Counted from the stretch's first letter, positions 11,935 through 22,723 are shown. The stretch is DNA of 64,000 bases from an uncultured Verrucomicrobiae bacterium (GCA_963813025.1 CAWEXO010000005.1:160001-224000), one strand, 5' to 3'. The notes: generated from the letters alone by a model not told the origin. Numbers and translations: made by a program.

Positions 11935-12594
11935 CTAAAAAACGCCCGGAATGAGCCGTGATGTCCGGGCGCGGTAAGCGTCGTACTCAGCGCCGAATTG
12001 CGTGCGCAGTAAGATCTCTTCCGCACGGATGCGCGCGAGGAGCGGCGGAATGAGGAGCGCCCCGAGCAACACGCCGACGCCAGAACGAAAGGCAAGACCC
12101 CAGCCCAGCGAGCTGATCAATAGCCCAAGGTAACTGGGATGACGGATGACGCCATAAAGACCGTTCGTCACCAGGGTGTGCCTAGGCTGGATAGCCACCA
12201 GCCCGCTGAACCGATGACCGAGCACAAAGACTGGCCAGATCCGCAAGGCACCCCCAATAGCGAAGAGAGCGACCCCAAGCCAACGAATGCCGTCGCCGTC
12301 GAACGTCCAGAAATCCTTCCGGTCCGTGTAGGCCGGCAGATAACCGGCCAGCAATCCGAGCAAGCCGAACGCTGGAAGCACCCAGCGGTTGCTACGATCC
12401 TCGCGCAACCCTGGGCTTAAATTTCCGCCGGCAAAAAACGCGACGCCAGACAACGCAAAGAGCACGACGGCGAGCGCGATCAGCGCCGGGTGAGAGAAGA
12501 AGGCCGCAAATCCGCCCCAGCCGAGGACGGCCAAACCGAGGTAGACAACTGTGCCCGCAAAGATGAACATCAACCGGGTGCCAGGTCTCTTCAT
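11935..12594 (-). CDS. Isoprenylcysteine carboxylmethyltransferase (Ste14) family membrane protein
   Basis: LVTNGLYGVIRHPSYLG, RIRAEE..L..FG.EY..Y...T.RLIP. Confidence 0.9.
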   Translation of the reverse strand: MKRPGTRLMFIFAGTVVYLGLAVLGWGGFAAFFSHPALIALAVVLFALSGVAFFAGGNLSPGLREDRSNRWVLPAFGLLGLLAGYLPAYTDRKDFWTFDGDGIRWLGVALFAIGGALRIWPVFVLGHRFSGLVAIQPRHTLVTNGLYGVIRHPSYLGLLISSLGWGLAFRSGVGVLLGALLIPPLLARIRAEEILLRTQFGAEYDAYRARTSRLIPGVF

Positions 12595-12623
12595 TGCTGA
12601 CTTGTCGGCTCGCCGTTCCGGCT

Positions 12624-13649
12624 CTAGCTTTTCCGCTTCCTTTGAGCTGCCAATTTCTCAATGAAATCGTACGGGTAAGGCAGCTCCGGCATGCTCGCGC
12701 GATCGAGCTCGCCCACCTGGTCCGCCGACAACTCCCAACCGACCGCTCCGAGATTTGTCTCCAGTTGTTCGAGGCTGCGCGCTCCGATAATTGGAGCCGT
12801 CACTCCGGGCTTACGCAGAAGCCAATTGATCGCGACCTGGGCCGCAGTGTGTCCCGCTTGCTTGGCGATGCCGTGCAACGCATCCAGCGTTCGCCAGGTT
12901 GATTCTCGATCGTACGCGGACCAACTTTCCGACCAACCCTCCTTTTCGGCCTTCTCGATCCGTGAACCCGAAGGCGGCGCCGACATGCCTCGGCTGAATT
13001 TGCCGGACAGCCAGCCGCCGCGCAGCGGGCTCCACGGGATCACACCCAGTCCTTCGTTGAGCGCGACGGGGATAAGCTCCCATTCCGTCGAACGACAAAG
13101 CAGGTTGTATTGCGGCTGCAAGCAAACAAACGGCTCCCAGCCGTGCGCTCGGCTCAGGTCGATCGCTTTTTGCAATTGCCAGCCAGTGAAATTGCTCGCT
13201 CCGATGTATCGCGCCATTCCTCGTCGTACGAGATCGTTCAGACATGACAAAGTCTCTTCCAGCGGTGTGCCCGGGTCCCAACAATGGACTTGATAGAGAT
13301 CGAGGTAATCGGTTTGCAGACGGCGCAGACTGGCGGCCACGGACGCTAGAATATGTTTCCGGCTCAGCCCGACGTCATTCGGCCCGTCACCCATCGGAAA
13401 GCGAACCTTGGTCGCGACCACCAGATCGTCGCGGCGCTGCCGAGCTAACCAGCGGCCAACGATTTCTTCGGACACACCTGTCGAATAAACATTGGCCGTA
13501 TCGATAAAATTGCCGCCTTCAGCCACGAACTTGTCCAACATCGTGTGGCTCTGTTTCTCGTCTGCTTCGTCTTTCCTCCCGAACGTCATTGCGCCCAGGC
13601 AAAGCTCACTCACTTTCATTCCTGTTTTGCCGAGATATTGAGTTTCCAT
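12624..13649 (-). CDS. Aldo/keto reductase
   Basis: [45 protein letters not shown]. Confidence 0.93.
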   Translation of the reverse strand: METQYLGKTGMKVSELCLGAMTFGRKDEADEKQSHTMLDKFVAEGGNFIDTANVYSTGVSEEIVGRWLARQRRDDLVVATKVRFPMGDGPNDVGLSRKHILASVAASLRRLQTDYLDLYQVHCWDPGTPLEETLSCLNDLVRRGMARYIGASNFTGWQLQKAIDLSRAHGWEPFVCLQPQYNLLCRSTEWELIPVALNEGLGVIPWSPLRGGWLSGKFSRGMSAPPSGSRIEKAEKEGWSESWSAYDRESTWRTLDALHGIAKQAGHTAAQVAINWLLRKPGVTAPIIGARSLEQLETNLGAVGWELSADQVGELDRASMPELPYPYDFIEKLAAQRKRKS

Positions 13650-13754
13650 GCTAATTTGGACGGTCGCCGCGCGAATCGCAGATCGCAAATCGCAAAGTTA
13701 ATCGGCAGAAGCTCAAAGCAGCAGTAGAATGAGCTTCCAGCTTGTCAGCTATGA

Positions 13755-13930
13755 GAGCCGGCAAGGACGCCGGTGTCACGGCGGAGAAGGACAACAGACC
13801 TGCTCCATCAACCGTGCGGGCAAAACGTTGACCCGCCTTCCCGGTTTTCGACAGTAGTCCTTTAGCGACTCACGGATAGTAATCTTATTCCAATCCTTCC
13901 GTTGCACCGGTACCATTCCGGCCGGACTGC
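13755..13930 (-). ncRNA. Candidate rod-like structured RNA (6S RNA-like)
   Basis: On the minus strand, ccggccgga..ccggtgcaacggaagga pairs with tccttctccgccgtgacaccgg..tccttgccgg. Inner ccgtg/cacgg helix and several G-U pairs. No ORF. Confidence 0.4.
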
Positions 13931-14006
13931 GCTCGGCTGATTCTACTTCGTACGGCTCAAGCGATTTGTCGCGCGAGAGGAAGAGGTCGTCTCAGAGTGC
14001 ACATTG

Positions 14007-14154
14007 CCCTGTGTCGGTAGGGCGAAAATTCATTTGAGCCGGACGCTGGGTGGGCCCCCGCTCCAGACGGCTCCTCCTTCGCTAAAGCTATGGCGGACAC
14101 GTCAAACAAGTTCTCCCTAAGGCTCAAATGAATTTTCGCCCTACCGACACAGGG
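14007..14154. repeat. REPIN-like inverted pair, GTAGGGCGAAAAT family, copy 2
   Basis: ccctgtgtcggtagggcgaaaattcatttgagcc ... ggctcaaatgaattttcgccctaccgacacaggg, a perfect terminal inverted repeat. Confidence 0.85.
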
Positions 14155-14196
14155 ACCAAAGACGCGTTGAGACAAGTCTCTAATTCTTAAAGCCGT

Positions 14197-14793
14197 CTAC
14201 CTTGGCGACCGTCCTCTCGCCGGTTCGATCCGCTCTCTCGCTTCGGCCTGCTCAGCGACCAACTTCTTCAGGCGATTGCCTAGAGATGCTTTCATCGCCG
14301 AATTCATTCGATCGATAAACAGTATTCCGTTCAGATGATCGATTTCATGCTGGACCGCTCGCGCGAGCAGTCCTTCTGTCTCAAATTCGATCTTTTGGCC
14401 ATCTAAACCATCGGCGCGAACATGCACATGCGATGCCCGCGAGATGTCGGCGCTAATTTCCGGAAAACTCAGACACCCTTCCGGACCGATCTCCGTCTCC
14501 TTACTCAAATCGATCTGCGGATTGAGGAGCACGATCGGCATATGCTTTCGAGGATCAACTTCCGCGCCTTCGATCCAAAGCCGGCTGGGCCGGTTCTCGG
14601 CTTCAGCCACATCGACAACGGTCAATTGCAGTGGCACCCCGACCTGTTGCGCCGCCAGTCCAACTCCATTCGCCGCTCGCATCGTGTCGAGCATGTCTTC
14701 GGCCAACGCGCGAATCTCATCCGTCACCCGGTCAATGCGTTTGCCCTTCGCCCGTAAAACCGGGTTGCCATAGATGACGATCTCGCGGATCAC
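14197..14793 (-). CDS. def: Peptide deformylase
   Basis: GVGLAAQQVG, EGCLS, QHEIDHLNG. Confidence 0.96.
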   Translation of the reverse strand: MIREIVIYGNPVLRAKGKRIDRVTDEIRALAEDMLDTMRAANGVGLAAQQVGVPLQLTVVDVAEAENRPSRLWIEGAEVDPRKHMPIVLLNPQIDLSKETEIGPEGCLSFPEISADISRASHVHVRADGLDGQKIEFETEGLLARAVQHEIDHLNGILFIDRMNSAMKASLGNRLKKLVAEQAEARERIEPARGRSPR

Positions 14794-15209
14794 TTGGTCT
14801 CCTTTGGTTGAGTAAAGGTGGGCAGGTTCTTAATTCCTGACTCTCGTAAAGCATCCAACACCTGGACCAGAAAACCAAACGAGACCTCCTTGGCCGCATT
14901 CATGGCCAGGGGTCGATCCGGAGATCCCTGCTGCAAGTCTTTCAAAGCAGGCGCCAATTGGTCAACGCCGCTCAGTTGCTTGTCGCCTAAGTATAGTTTC
15001 TCATCGGCGGTGATCGATAGAATGATCGGCTCTTTCGGATTCTCGCTCGTGGTGGCCGTCCGCGATTCGGGTAGCTTGATCGAAAGCTGGGACTGAGCGG
15101 TTTTGAACGTCGTCGTGACGATGAAAAAGATCAGGAGGATCGCGAAGATATCGATCAGATTTACAATGATGATCTGCGGCGTTCGCTTCCTTTTAACGTA
15201 AAACCTCAT
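14790..15209 (-). CDS. exbD: ExbD/TolR family biopolymer transporter
   Basis: NLIDIFAILLIFFIVTTTF, I.LP. Confidence 0.9.
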   Translation of the reverse strand: MRFYVKRKRTPQIIIVNLIDIFAILLIFFIVTTTFKTAQSQLSIKLPESRTATTSENPKEPIILSITADEKLYLGDKQLSGVDQLAPALKDLQQGSPDRPLAMNAAKEVSFGFLVQVLDALRESGIKNLPTFTQPKETK

Positions 15210-15895
15210 CGCGTCGCTTCTTCCAAGGACGTTTCTTCCGCGTTATAGTTTTTGCGCGGCAGGTGAAAGAGCTTCTCGATCAAGTCCGTGACGAGTGCCT
15301 CCATCTCGACGGCCAGCCGTTCGATCCGGCGCGAGAAATAGGTGAAAGCGATCAGGGCAGGAATCGCGATAGCAAGGCCGACGATCGTCGTACTTAAAGC
15401 CTCGCCGATACCGGAGGCCATGCCCTTGAGATCAGCCGTCGACATCACGCCGGAGCCGATATTGCCGAAGACCTTGATTAGGCCATTCACCGCGCCGAGC
15501 AAACCCAAAAGGGGCGCGATTCCCACGACAATTTCCAGGATGAAGAGACCGCTCTCCATCCGGACAATCTCTTGCCGGGCCTTGGATTGTACCAGCTCAA
15601 CTGTTTCCTGCTTCGAATTATTGTAGGGGCGGATCGCCGCCTCAACCACTCGAGAAAGCGGTGAGTCGTCGTCCATGATCAGGTGCCGCAGGTGCTCGGG
15701 TTCGTCGCCCGGTTTCAGAGTGTTTATCTCGCGCTCAATCAATTGGGGAATAACCGCTCGGCGGCGCAACGCCAGCGAGCGCAGGAGAACAACCGTAAGC
15801 CCGACAAACGAGCAAAACAGAAGGACTCCCATGAAGATCCCGCCTTTGATGAAGAAGTCGGTAATATTTTCGAACAGGGCTAGCTGATAATGCAT
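15206..15895 (-). CDS. exbB: MotA/TolQ/ExbB proton channel
   Basis: APLLGLLGAV.G, GIGEALSTT..GL.IAIPA. Confidence 0.9.
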   Translation of the reverse strand: MHYQLALFENITDFFIKGGIFMGVLLFCSFVGLTVVLLRSLALRRRAVIPQLIEREINTLKPGDEPEHLRHLIMDDDSPLSRVVEAAIRPYNNSKQETVELVQSKARQEIVRMESGLFILEIVVGIAPLLGLLGAVNGLIKVFGNIGSGVMSTADLKGMASGIGEALSTTIVGLAIAIPALIAFTYFSRRIERLAVEMEALVTDLIEKLFHLPRKNYNAEETSLEEATR

Positions 15896-15897
15896 GG

Positions 15898-16884
15898 CTA
15901 TTGGATGAGGAAGGTAAACGTAAACGTAAAATCGACACCATTGCTCGGAACCGCGGAGACAAGCTCTTCTGGCATCGGCGGTATTTGCGCATCGCATACC
16001 GCGCGCAAAGAGCAAGATGCCAATGTCTGATTGGACGCCGCGCCAACGACACGAGCGTTCTCCACCCGACCGTCGGGCAAAACATGAAAATTCACTTGAA
16101 CCGAATCGGGCATCAGGGACGCCCCGCCGCGCTCGTTAACGTAAAAATACCAGCGTGAACCGACCGCATCAGAAACCGCTTTCTGGAACCGTCCCCACGG
16201 GGTTCCGAGCGCCGCCGCTGAGGATCGTCCCCGATTCGTGATATTGCCCCGCATCTCGTTGAGCAACGATTGCTGCCGGTAAGCGGTCCGAGGCGCAGTC
16301 CTCTGTCTCTGAGTTCGCTGTGAATTCGCGGGCGGCGGTGTTGGCGCTGGGGTCGGCGCCTGTTTCAGCATGGCTAGCTCCTCTTCTTTTGGCGGGGTTG
16401 GCGTGGGCGTGGGCTCCGGAGTCGGCGCCGGCGTGGGCGTAGGTGTAGGTGTCGCCTCCGGCTGCTCGGGTTGTGTCTGGTCCGGTTGACGATTGAATTC
16501 TGTTCCCTTCGCATCGAGCGAGTAATCGTGGTTCAGAAACGCCATGTCTGGGAATTTTTTCCCGTCCTGCGTTGGAACCGGGTCGGTTCCTTTAGCAGGC
16601 TGTTCCGCCGCAGCCGCGGTGTCCTTATCGGATTCAAATGTTGAATCCACCGGCTTCTGATCTGCCTTTTGCAGGTCATCGGTCCGCACATACCGATGCT
16701 CCGGCTGTTGGGGCGCCGGTTGATCGAGCATTGTCAGCTCAGGCAGTTGATCCTGGCTGGGCGATGCCTGGACAGATTCAGTCTGTGGCCAGATCGAGAG
16801 CATCCCGCTGACCGAGAGGATGATGAGGATGTGCAGGATGATCGATCCCGCAACCGCCAGAGCCACCTTCTTCCGGTTAGACAT
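15898..16884 (-). CDS. TonB/TolA-like energy transducer
   Basis: N-terminal TM, Pro/Thr-rich linker, TonB-C-like terminal domain; upstream of exbBD. Confidence 0.75.
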   Translation of the reverse strand: MSNRKKVALAVAGSIILHILIILSVSGMLSIWPQTESVQASPSQDQLPELTMLDQPAPQQPEHRYVRTDDLQKADQKPVDSTFESDKDTAAAAEQPAKGTDPVPTQDGKKFPDMAFLNHDYSLDAKGTEFNRQPDQTQPEQPEATPTPTPTPAPTPEPTPTPTPPKEEELAMLKQAPTPAPTPPPANSQRTQRQRTAPRTAYRQQSLLNEMRGNITNRGRSSAAALGTPWGRFQKAVSDAVGSRWYFYVNERGGASLMPDSVQVNFHVLPDGRVENARVVGAASNQTLASCSLRAVCDAQIPPMPEELVSAVPSNGVDFTFTFTFLIQ

Positions 16885-17037
16885 CGACAAATTGCGCAAA
16901 GAGTAAGTCGAGTCCGCACATCGCTCAAGTCTGAACTCGCAGTGAAAAACTCCCGAGAAACCGACGAGTGTCTCGCTGGTGAATAGTCATGCGTGTCGTG
17001 CCTTTCGGCCAGCAAAGACGTCCTCCGCCTGCCCACC

Positions 17038-17769
17038 TCAAATCCGCCGATCAGTGCCGCGCGACATTGGCGCCCAGATCTCCGGTACCGGTGGTATGCC
17101 GCGGTCACCCGATCGAGCTTGCTCGATTATGCCATTGGCGATGCCAGTCGCGATTTTCTGACGGTACGATCCGTTCGCCACTTTAAGCACCTCCGATGGA
17201 TTGGTTAGATAAGCGCATTCGCAGAGAACACAGGGAATTTCAGGATTTCGCGTCAAACGTAACCGCCGCCGAGTGACGCCCCAATCATGTTCTCCGGTGG
17301 CTGCCACTACTCCACGCTGGATTCGCGTCGCCAGCCCATGGCTGTTGGCATGCCAGAAAAAAGTTTGAACGCCGCTCGCCCGCGAATCGCCAACTGCGTT
17401 GTAGTGGATACTCACCAGAACAGCTCCCGGGCCGGTCCGATTGGCCAAAGCCACGCGATCATCGAGTTCCACAAAGTAATCGCCGTTACGAACCATCACC
17501 ACCCTCAGCCCCGAGCGCTTCAACAAATCTCGCACACGCCTGGCCGTGTCGAGAGTGACATCTTTTTCTCGAACAAAGACCGGACCCCGGCCGCTTGTCC
17601 CGCCATTATCCTTTCCCCCGTGGCCGGCATCGAGAACGACCGTCCTGAAATGAAGGTGAGGATTCGACCCGCCTGAGGTGCAGGAAACAAAGAAAAATCC
17701 GGTGAGGGCGAGCAGGGCCAGGCCGAGCAGTCGGATCAGTGTGGGTCGGTCAGCGTTCAATCTCGCCAC
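17038..17769 (-). CDS. N-acetylmuramoyl-L-alanine amidase (Amidase_3), probable lipoprotein
   Basis: VVLDAGHGGKD, EKDVTL, SIHYNA, VLCECAYLTN. Confidence 0.9.
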   Translation of the reverse strand: MARLNADRPTLIRLLGLALLALTGFFFVSCTSGGSNPHLHFRTVVLDAGHGGKDNGGTSGRGPVFVREKDVTLDTARRVRDLLKRSGLRVVMVRNGDYFVELDDRVALANRTGPGAVLVSIHYNAVGDSRASGVQTFFWHANSHGLATRIQRGVVAATGEHDWGVTRRRLRLTRNPEIPCVLCECAYLTNPSEVLKVANGSYRQKIATGIANGIIEQARSGDRGIPPVPEIWAPMSRGTDRRI

Positions 17770-18451
17770 CTGCCTGCTTCCGAACCGCGACGATCAAGTC
17801 AACCACACTTCGCTTGTTTGCGAGGTTGATGATAAATGAAGGCAAATCGCCCCCTCCATCCGTGTAGAGCGTGTAAGTCGCTTGAGTTTTCTTTCCTCCA
17901 TCGATCGCCTCGAGCTTCCACGACCCTTCGGTCACCTTGACCCGGGTGATTCCCTTTTCCGCCGGCGGACCAAGCTCGTTGGCCTGCTCCCAATGGCTGG
18001 CGTACCGCTCGTCGGAGGATTGGTCGTCGTGCACGAGAATGGTGAAATCGCGCGGACCAACAATTGGCGGGTTCAGGCGCATATACTGAACAATGGTATG
18101 TTTCGCGGAATCTCGCGAGAGGACTCGGGCCTCCTTGGTGTAAGGCATGAATTGCGGGTAGCTGTCAACGTCGTGCAGAACACGTCTTACTTTTGACAAA
18201 GGCGCGTCAATTTCGCCCACGGCCCTCAGCTCCTTAATTGGGCTTCCCTCTCGGGTGCGAGTGAGCACGGTGACGTCGGCATTCCGACCAATCTCCTCCC
18301 AGTCAGTGGCTCCAGTGGATCCGCCGGAGGCGGCAGCAAGCAATTGCGCGCAGATCACGATTGGTAAAAGCGCGGCCGTCGGCCGCCGGCTCCAGAAACG
18401 CCTTAGTGTTTCATCGTAACCACGGTGGTAAGCGAACAAATGATCAGCCAT
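17750..18451 (-). CDS. START/SRPBCC domain protein
   Basis: DVDSYPQFMPY, PPIVGPRDF, GSWKL, DGGGDLPSFIIN. Confidence 0.75.
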   Translation of the reverse strand: MADHLFAYHRGYDETLRRFWSRRPTAALLPIVICAQLLAAASGGSTGATDWEEIGRNADVTVLTRTREGSPIKELRAVGEIDAPLSKVRRVLHDVDSYPQFMPYTKEARVLSRDSAKHTIVQYMRLNPPIVGPRDFTILVHDDQSSDERYASHWEQANELGPPAEKGITRVKVTEGSWKLEAIDGGKKTQATYTLYTDGGGDLPSFIINLANKRSVVDLIVAVRKQAGGEIER

Positions 18452-18654
18452 CGATTGATCTTCGGGAAAAGCTCACAAGATGCCGTTGACTGCTTCCGAT
18501 GCAACCAGCATTTTCCCTGGCAAGTCTCCCCGCGCGCCGTTTCTAATCCATAGAGCTGCGTTTTGGCAAGCATTACCGGAACTCATAGGCCCGTCAGACC
18601 TACAGGACTTATCGCGGCACAGTCGTTTTTCGAAAAAGAATCAGCAACGCCGCC

Positions 18655-18686
18655 ACTCGGGACCCGGGACCCGGGACTCGGGACTC
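18655..18686. repeat. Heptamer tandem repeat (CGGGAC[CT])
   Basis: actcgggacccgggacccgggactcgggactc. Confidence 0.8.
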
Positions 18687-18701
18687 CTCCCGCAATCCGC
18701 A

Positions 18702-20135
18702 TCAGCTTGCCAGCGGTACCGCGGCCGGTTCCGGCACTTCTGTCGCGGCCGGCAGAACAATGGTAAACCGCGAACCTTGGCCCTCGGCACTCTCGACCGA
18801 GATTGTGCCGCCATGCGAATCAATGACCGCTTTGACTAGACTTAGTCCGAGACCGAGTCCGCGCTCGGTTCTACTCTTGTCTCCCCGGTAGAGTCTGTCC
18901 CAAATACGCGGCCTCTCCGCTTCCGGGATTCCTATACCCGTATCCGTCACGGTCAAACGCACGGTGGCATGCTGCTCATCACAGAGCATTGATACTCTCC
19001 CGCCCTTCGCGGTATACTTGATGGCGTTGTCGAGCAGATTGCCCAGGGCCTGTCGAATCCGGTTTGGATCGACATCGACGCGACAGGGGCCTGAACAGCT
19101 TGTCTCAAGGGCAATCTCCTTCTCTTCGGCCACGATCCGGTAGACATCAGCAACCTGTTCGATTACTTGGGCCAGCGGCACGATCGTCTTCTCCAGGCGC
19201 ATCATTCCGTTTTCCGCTTCGGTGATGTCCATCAGGGTGTGCAGCATCGTCAGCACCCGATCCGATTCTTCCACGCAGTCTGCCAAGGCGTTCCGTGCGA
19301 AAGCGGGCAGAGAACCCTGGAGCGCCGTCTCCGCCGAACTCCGCAATCGTGTGAGGGGAGTTCGCAGATCGTGCGCCACATTATCGAGGGCATCGCGCAA
19401 CTCCTGGATGAGCCGTTGATTTTTTGCGAGCACACGGTTGAATTGGCGCGCCAGATCGGCCAGGTCGCTTTGGGCCAGAGTTTCCGGCACGCGCTCGGCC
19501 AGGTTACCCGTATTGATAATGTTGCGCGCAGTCTTTAAAACGCTGCGCACCGGAGCGCTCGCCCGATGGGCAAAAAAAGCACCACCTGCCAGCCCAAGCA
19601 AAAAGGTTGGCGCCATTACGAGAAAGAAGGCCCGCACAAAAGGTTCCAGAAGCGCGACGCTCCGGTTTGTACTGCGCCCGACCTGCAGGATCGATCCGTC
19701 ACTGAGCGGCATGGACGCAATCGTGAAATCGGTTCGATTGTCTTTGGGAATCCGCAACCAGGATCGCGGGCGTCCAGGGTCCGGACTCGTCGCCGGATCG
19801 TTGTTGAGACCGGCCCAGTCCGCGGGTGCGGCAAGGAAGAGAACGCTCCCGAGTTGACCGGTGACCCGGACAAAAAAGGGGCCCTCATCTTGATTGAACT
19901 GGCTCTGATGCACCAGCTCTTGCAAGGCCGGCAGGCCTCGCGTGGTGTAGACCGCCGCGCATTCTTTCAGGCGAGCTTCCACAATCGCTTGTTCGCTCCG
20001 TTCGTAAAATGATGTCAAAAGAAAGTAGAGCAGCGCAAAAAGGACGGCCGAACTCGCCGTGAAAATCACGGCATAGAGGACAGACAAGCGGAAAGCAAAA
20101 CTATGCCTGAGGCGACTTAGCTGAGCGAACCACAT
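18702..20135 (-). CDS. Sensor histidine kinase (HAMP-HisKA-HATPase)
   Basis: AHDLRTPLT, NLLDNAIKY, DTGIGI, GLGLGL. Confidence 0.95.
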   Translation of the reverse strand: MWFAQLSRLRHSFAFRLSVLYAVIFTASSAVLFALLYFLLTSFYERSEQAIVEARLKECAAVYTTRGLPALQELVHQSQFNQDEGPFFVRVTGQLGSVLFLAAPADWAGLNNDPATSPDPGRPRSWLRIPKDNRTDFTIASMPLSDGSILQVGRSTNRSVALLEPFVRAFFLVMAPTFLLGLAGGAFFAHRASAPVRSVLKTARNIINTGNLAERVPETLAQSDLADLARQFNRVLAKNQRLIQELRDALDNVAHDLRTPLTRLRSSAETALQGSLPAFARNALADCVEESDRVLTMLHTLMDITEAENGMMRLEKTIVPLAQVIEQVADVYRIVAEEKEIALETSCSGPCRVDVDPNRIRQALGNLLDNAIKYTAKGGRVSMLCDEQHATVRLTVTDTGIGIPEAERPRIWDRLYRGDKSRTERGLGLGLSLVKAVIDSHGGTISVESAEGQGSRFTIVLPAATEVPEPAAVPLAS

Positions 20136-20790
20136 AACCCACTCCGCGAATGGTGTGTATCAGTTTGTTGGGAAAGTTTCGATCGATCTTGGTACGCAGC
20201 CGGTGAACCAACACATCGACTACATTGGTTTGCGGATCAAAACTGAAATCCCAGACATGCTCCAGGATCATTGTCTTGGTTACCGGCCGCCCGGCGTGCC
20301 GCAAGAGCAGCTCCAGTAGCGAGAATTCCCGGCTCGGCAATTCGATCAACTGACCGTCTCGGCGTACTTCTCTGGTGAAGAGGTCGACCGTCAGATCGTC
20401 CACCGCCAGCTTGGACGGCTCTGGTGTTTGGGTCGACCGTCGAATCAGGGCCTGGACCCGGGCGAGGAGTTCGGAAAAAGCGAAGGGCTTGGTCAGGTAG
20501 TCGTCCCCTCCGGCCTGCAGGCCACTCACCCGATCGTCGACTTTGGCGCGGGCACTCAGAATTAGAACCGGTACGTGTATTTTTTGCTGACGCAGGCGCC
20601 GGATCAGGGACAAACCGTCCAGCTTCGGCAGCATGAGGTCGACTACGGCAGCATCATAAGTAATCGCCGCGGCGAGGTCGAGCGCGACCTCGCCATCAGC
20701 GGCGCGATCTATCGCGAAGCCGCTCTGCTTTAGTCCGCCGGCAATAAACGAGGCAATCTTCGGGTCATCCTCTACGACCAACACGCGCAT
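20101..20790 (-). CDS. OmpR-family response regulator
   Basis: VVEDD, DLMLP, DDYLTKPF, NVVDVLVHRLR, TIRGVGY. Confidence 0.95.
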   Translation of the reverse strand: MRVLVVEDDPKIASFIAGGLKQSGFAIDRAADGEVALDLAAAITYDAAVVDLMLPKLDGLSLIRRLRQQKIHVPVLILSARAKVDDRVSGLQAGGDDYLTKPFAFSELLARVQALIRRSTQTPEPSKLAVDDLTVDLFTREVRRDGQLIELPSREFSLLELLLRHAGRPVTKTMILEHVWDFSFDPQTNVVDVLVHRLRTKIDRNFPNKLIHTIRGVGYVVRSAKSPQA

Positions 20791-20864
20791 AATTTGAGTC
20801 AACCGCTCCTCTTCCGTTTCCCGATATGGGCGGGAAGAAACTCTGTCCGGGTAATCTACCATTG

Positions 20865-20901
20865 AAACAAAAAGGGACCGGTAGCAACCGGTCCCTTTGT
20901 T
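20865..20901 (-). terminator. Intrinsic terminator after htrA
   Basis: AAAGGGACCGGT-AGCA-ACCGGTCCCTTT stem with T-run on the minus strand. Confidence 0.8.
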
Positions 20902-20920
20902 CGTTACCTTGGACAGCGAC

Positions 20921-22441
20921 TTAGTGCGACTCTTCGACCGTCACGTAGCGGGTGCCACCATGGCTCCAGATTTTGACCAGGGTCTCGCCGCCGGAGGGCT
21001 TGCTGGTCACATCAACTGCTTCCTGAGCATTGGTGATCGGATGGTGGTTGATCTCCAGAATCACGTCCCCTTCCTCCAAGCCGGCTTCGGCAGCCGGCGT
21101 GCCCGGTTCCACCTGGGTAATGACAGCACCGTGAACGTTTGCCGGAACTTTCAGCTCGGTACGGGCTTCCCGATCGAGATCAGCGACGGCAACGCCGTGG
21201 AGTGTGTCACTCGAGTTATTTCCACCGGGAGCGTTTTGCTCATTCTTGGCCAAGTCACTCTTGGCCAACTGCTTCAGGGTGATGGAAAAGTCCTTCGTTT
21301 CGCCGTTGCGATTGATTTGCACCGGAACGGTGGTTCCCGGAGGCGTTTCGGCAACTTTCAGCTTTAACCGGCTCGCATCCTGAACTGGCTGATTGTTGTA
21401 CTTCGTGATCACGTCACCGCTCTTCAAGCCAGCTGCTTCGGCCGGACTGCCTGGGGTGACGTCCGCGACCAGAGCGCCATTGGCGCGGTCCACTTTGAAA
21501 GCCTGGGCCAGGCTTGGTGTAAGCGACTGGATTTGCACTCCGAGAAATCCGCGGGAAACGTTGCCGGTTTTCACCAGACTATCCATGACCCAGCGGCAAA
21601 GGTCTGAGGGAACGGCAAAGCCAATCCCCTGATTGCCGCCGCTGCGCGACAGAATCGCGGTATTGATCCCGACCAGACGACCCTCGACGTCTACCAGTGC
21701 ACCACCGGAATTACCCGGATTGATCGCGGCATCCGTTTGGATGAAGTCCTGGTCCATGTCACCCGAGGTTACCCGATTCTTGGCGCTGACAATTCCCGAC
21801 GTAACGGTCTGGCCAATCCCGAATGGGTTTCCGATAGCCAGCACCACGTCGCCAATTTGAACCTGGTCACTATTGGTAAGGGGCAAGGCCGGCAGATTTT
21901 GCGCGTCGATTCGGACGAGTGCGATGTCGGTCTGCGGGTCAGTGCCAACAACCTTGCCCGTAAAATTGCGCCCATCATTCAATCCGACCTGGATCTCCTT
22001 GGCATTCTGAACCACATGGTTATTCGTTAAAATATAACCGTCGGCCGAAACGATCACGCCTGAACCCAGGGCATGCTCTAAGGGCTGTTGCATCTCGCCA
22101 CCCAACCCATTTCCGCCGGGACCATTCCCGCCGAATCCGCGGTTGCCAAAGAAATGACGGAAGAAATCAAGATCGGGTCCGCTCAGCCGTTCCTCCGGGT
22201 TACTTGCCGTTACGGCAATTTTGACCACACTCGGGGCGACTTTTTGCACGATTGGCGCATAGCTACTCTGAGTGCTTTGCGTGCGAGTCAGTGGCGAATC
22301 ATCTTCCTTGAGATTTAAGGGAGGTTTCTCCGTTTGGTTCTTATTTTCCGTTCCGGCGTTGATTGCCCACGCCGAGCCTGCGATCACTAAAAGGCCGGCT
22401 ACGGCTCCCTGTAGCCAGCGTTGCGCATTGGGTTTGTTCAT
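20921..22441 (-). CDS. htrA: HtrA/DegP (Do family) serine protease with two PDZ domains
   Basis: TNNHV, DIAL, TDAAINPGNSGG, two PDZ regions; probable start MNKPN. Confidence 0.93.
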   Translation of the reverse strand: MNKPNAQRWLQGAVAGLLVIAGSAWAINAGTENKNQTEKPPLNLKEDDSPLTRTQSTQSSYAPIVQKVAPSVVKIAVTASNPEERLSGPDLDFFRHFFGNRGFGGNGPGGNGLGGEMQQPLEHALGSGVIVSADGYILTNNHVVQNAKEIQVGLNDGRNFTGKVVGTDPQTDIALVRIDAQNLPALPLTNSDQVQIGDVVLAIGNPFGIGQTVTSGIVSAKNRVTSGDMDQDFIQTDAAINPGNSGGALVDVEGRLVGINTAILSRSGGNQGIGFAVPSDLCRWVMDSLVKTGNVSRGFLGVQIQSLTPSLAQAFKVDRANGALVADVTPGSPAEAAGLKSGDVITKYNNQPVQDASRLKLKVAETPPGTTVPVQINRNGETKDFSITLKQLAKSDLAKNEQNAPGGNNSSDTLHGVAVADLDREARTELKVPANVHGAVITQVEPGTPAAEAGLEEGDVILEINHHPITNAQEAVDVTSKPSGGETLVKIWSHGGTRYVTVEESH

Positions 22442-22569
22442 AAAGTCTTTGTTTGCTGTTTTAATCTGCGCTTCTAGTGGACCACTCTCAAGTGACGGGA
22501 CCCTTGCGGCACAATTACATTTCTGAAAGGAATCAGCCTTGCTACCGTTCCCAGGGCTGGAGCGAATCC

Positions 22570-22720
22570 CCCTGACATTCACTACCGACAACCCATTTCT
22601 GCCACTCGCACAATAGAGCATCTTCTTTCCAGAATCCAAAGCAATTGGGTCGACATCACCGGCGATCGCAATGGAGCTAAGGCGTTCGCCCGAGTCAGCG
22701 TTCAACACCACAGCTGGCCG
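22570..22720 (-). pseudogene. Fragment of a beta-propeller (YncE-like) protein
   Basis: VVLNADSGERLSSIAIAGDVDPIALDSGKKMLYCASG lies in frame upstream of htrA. Confidence 0.4.
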
Positions 22721-22723
22721 TTG

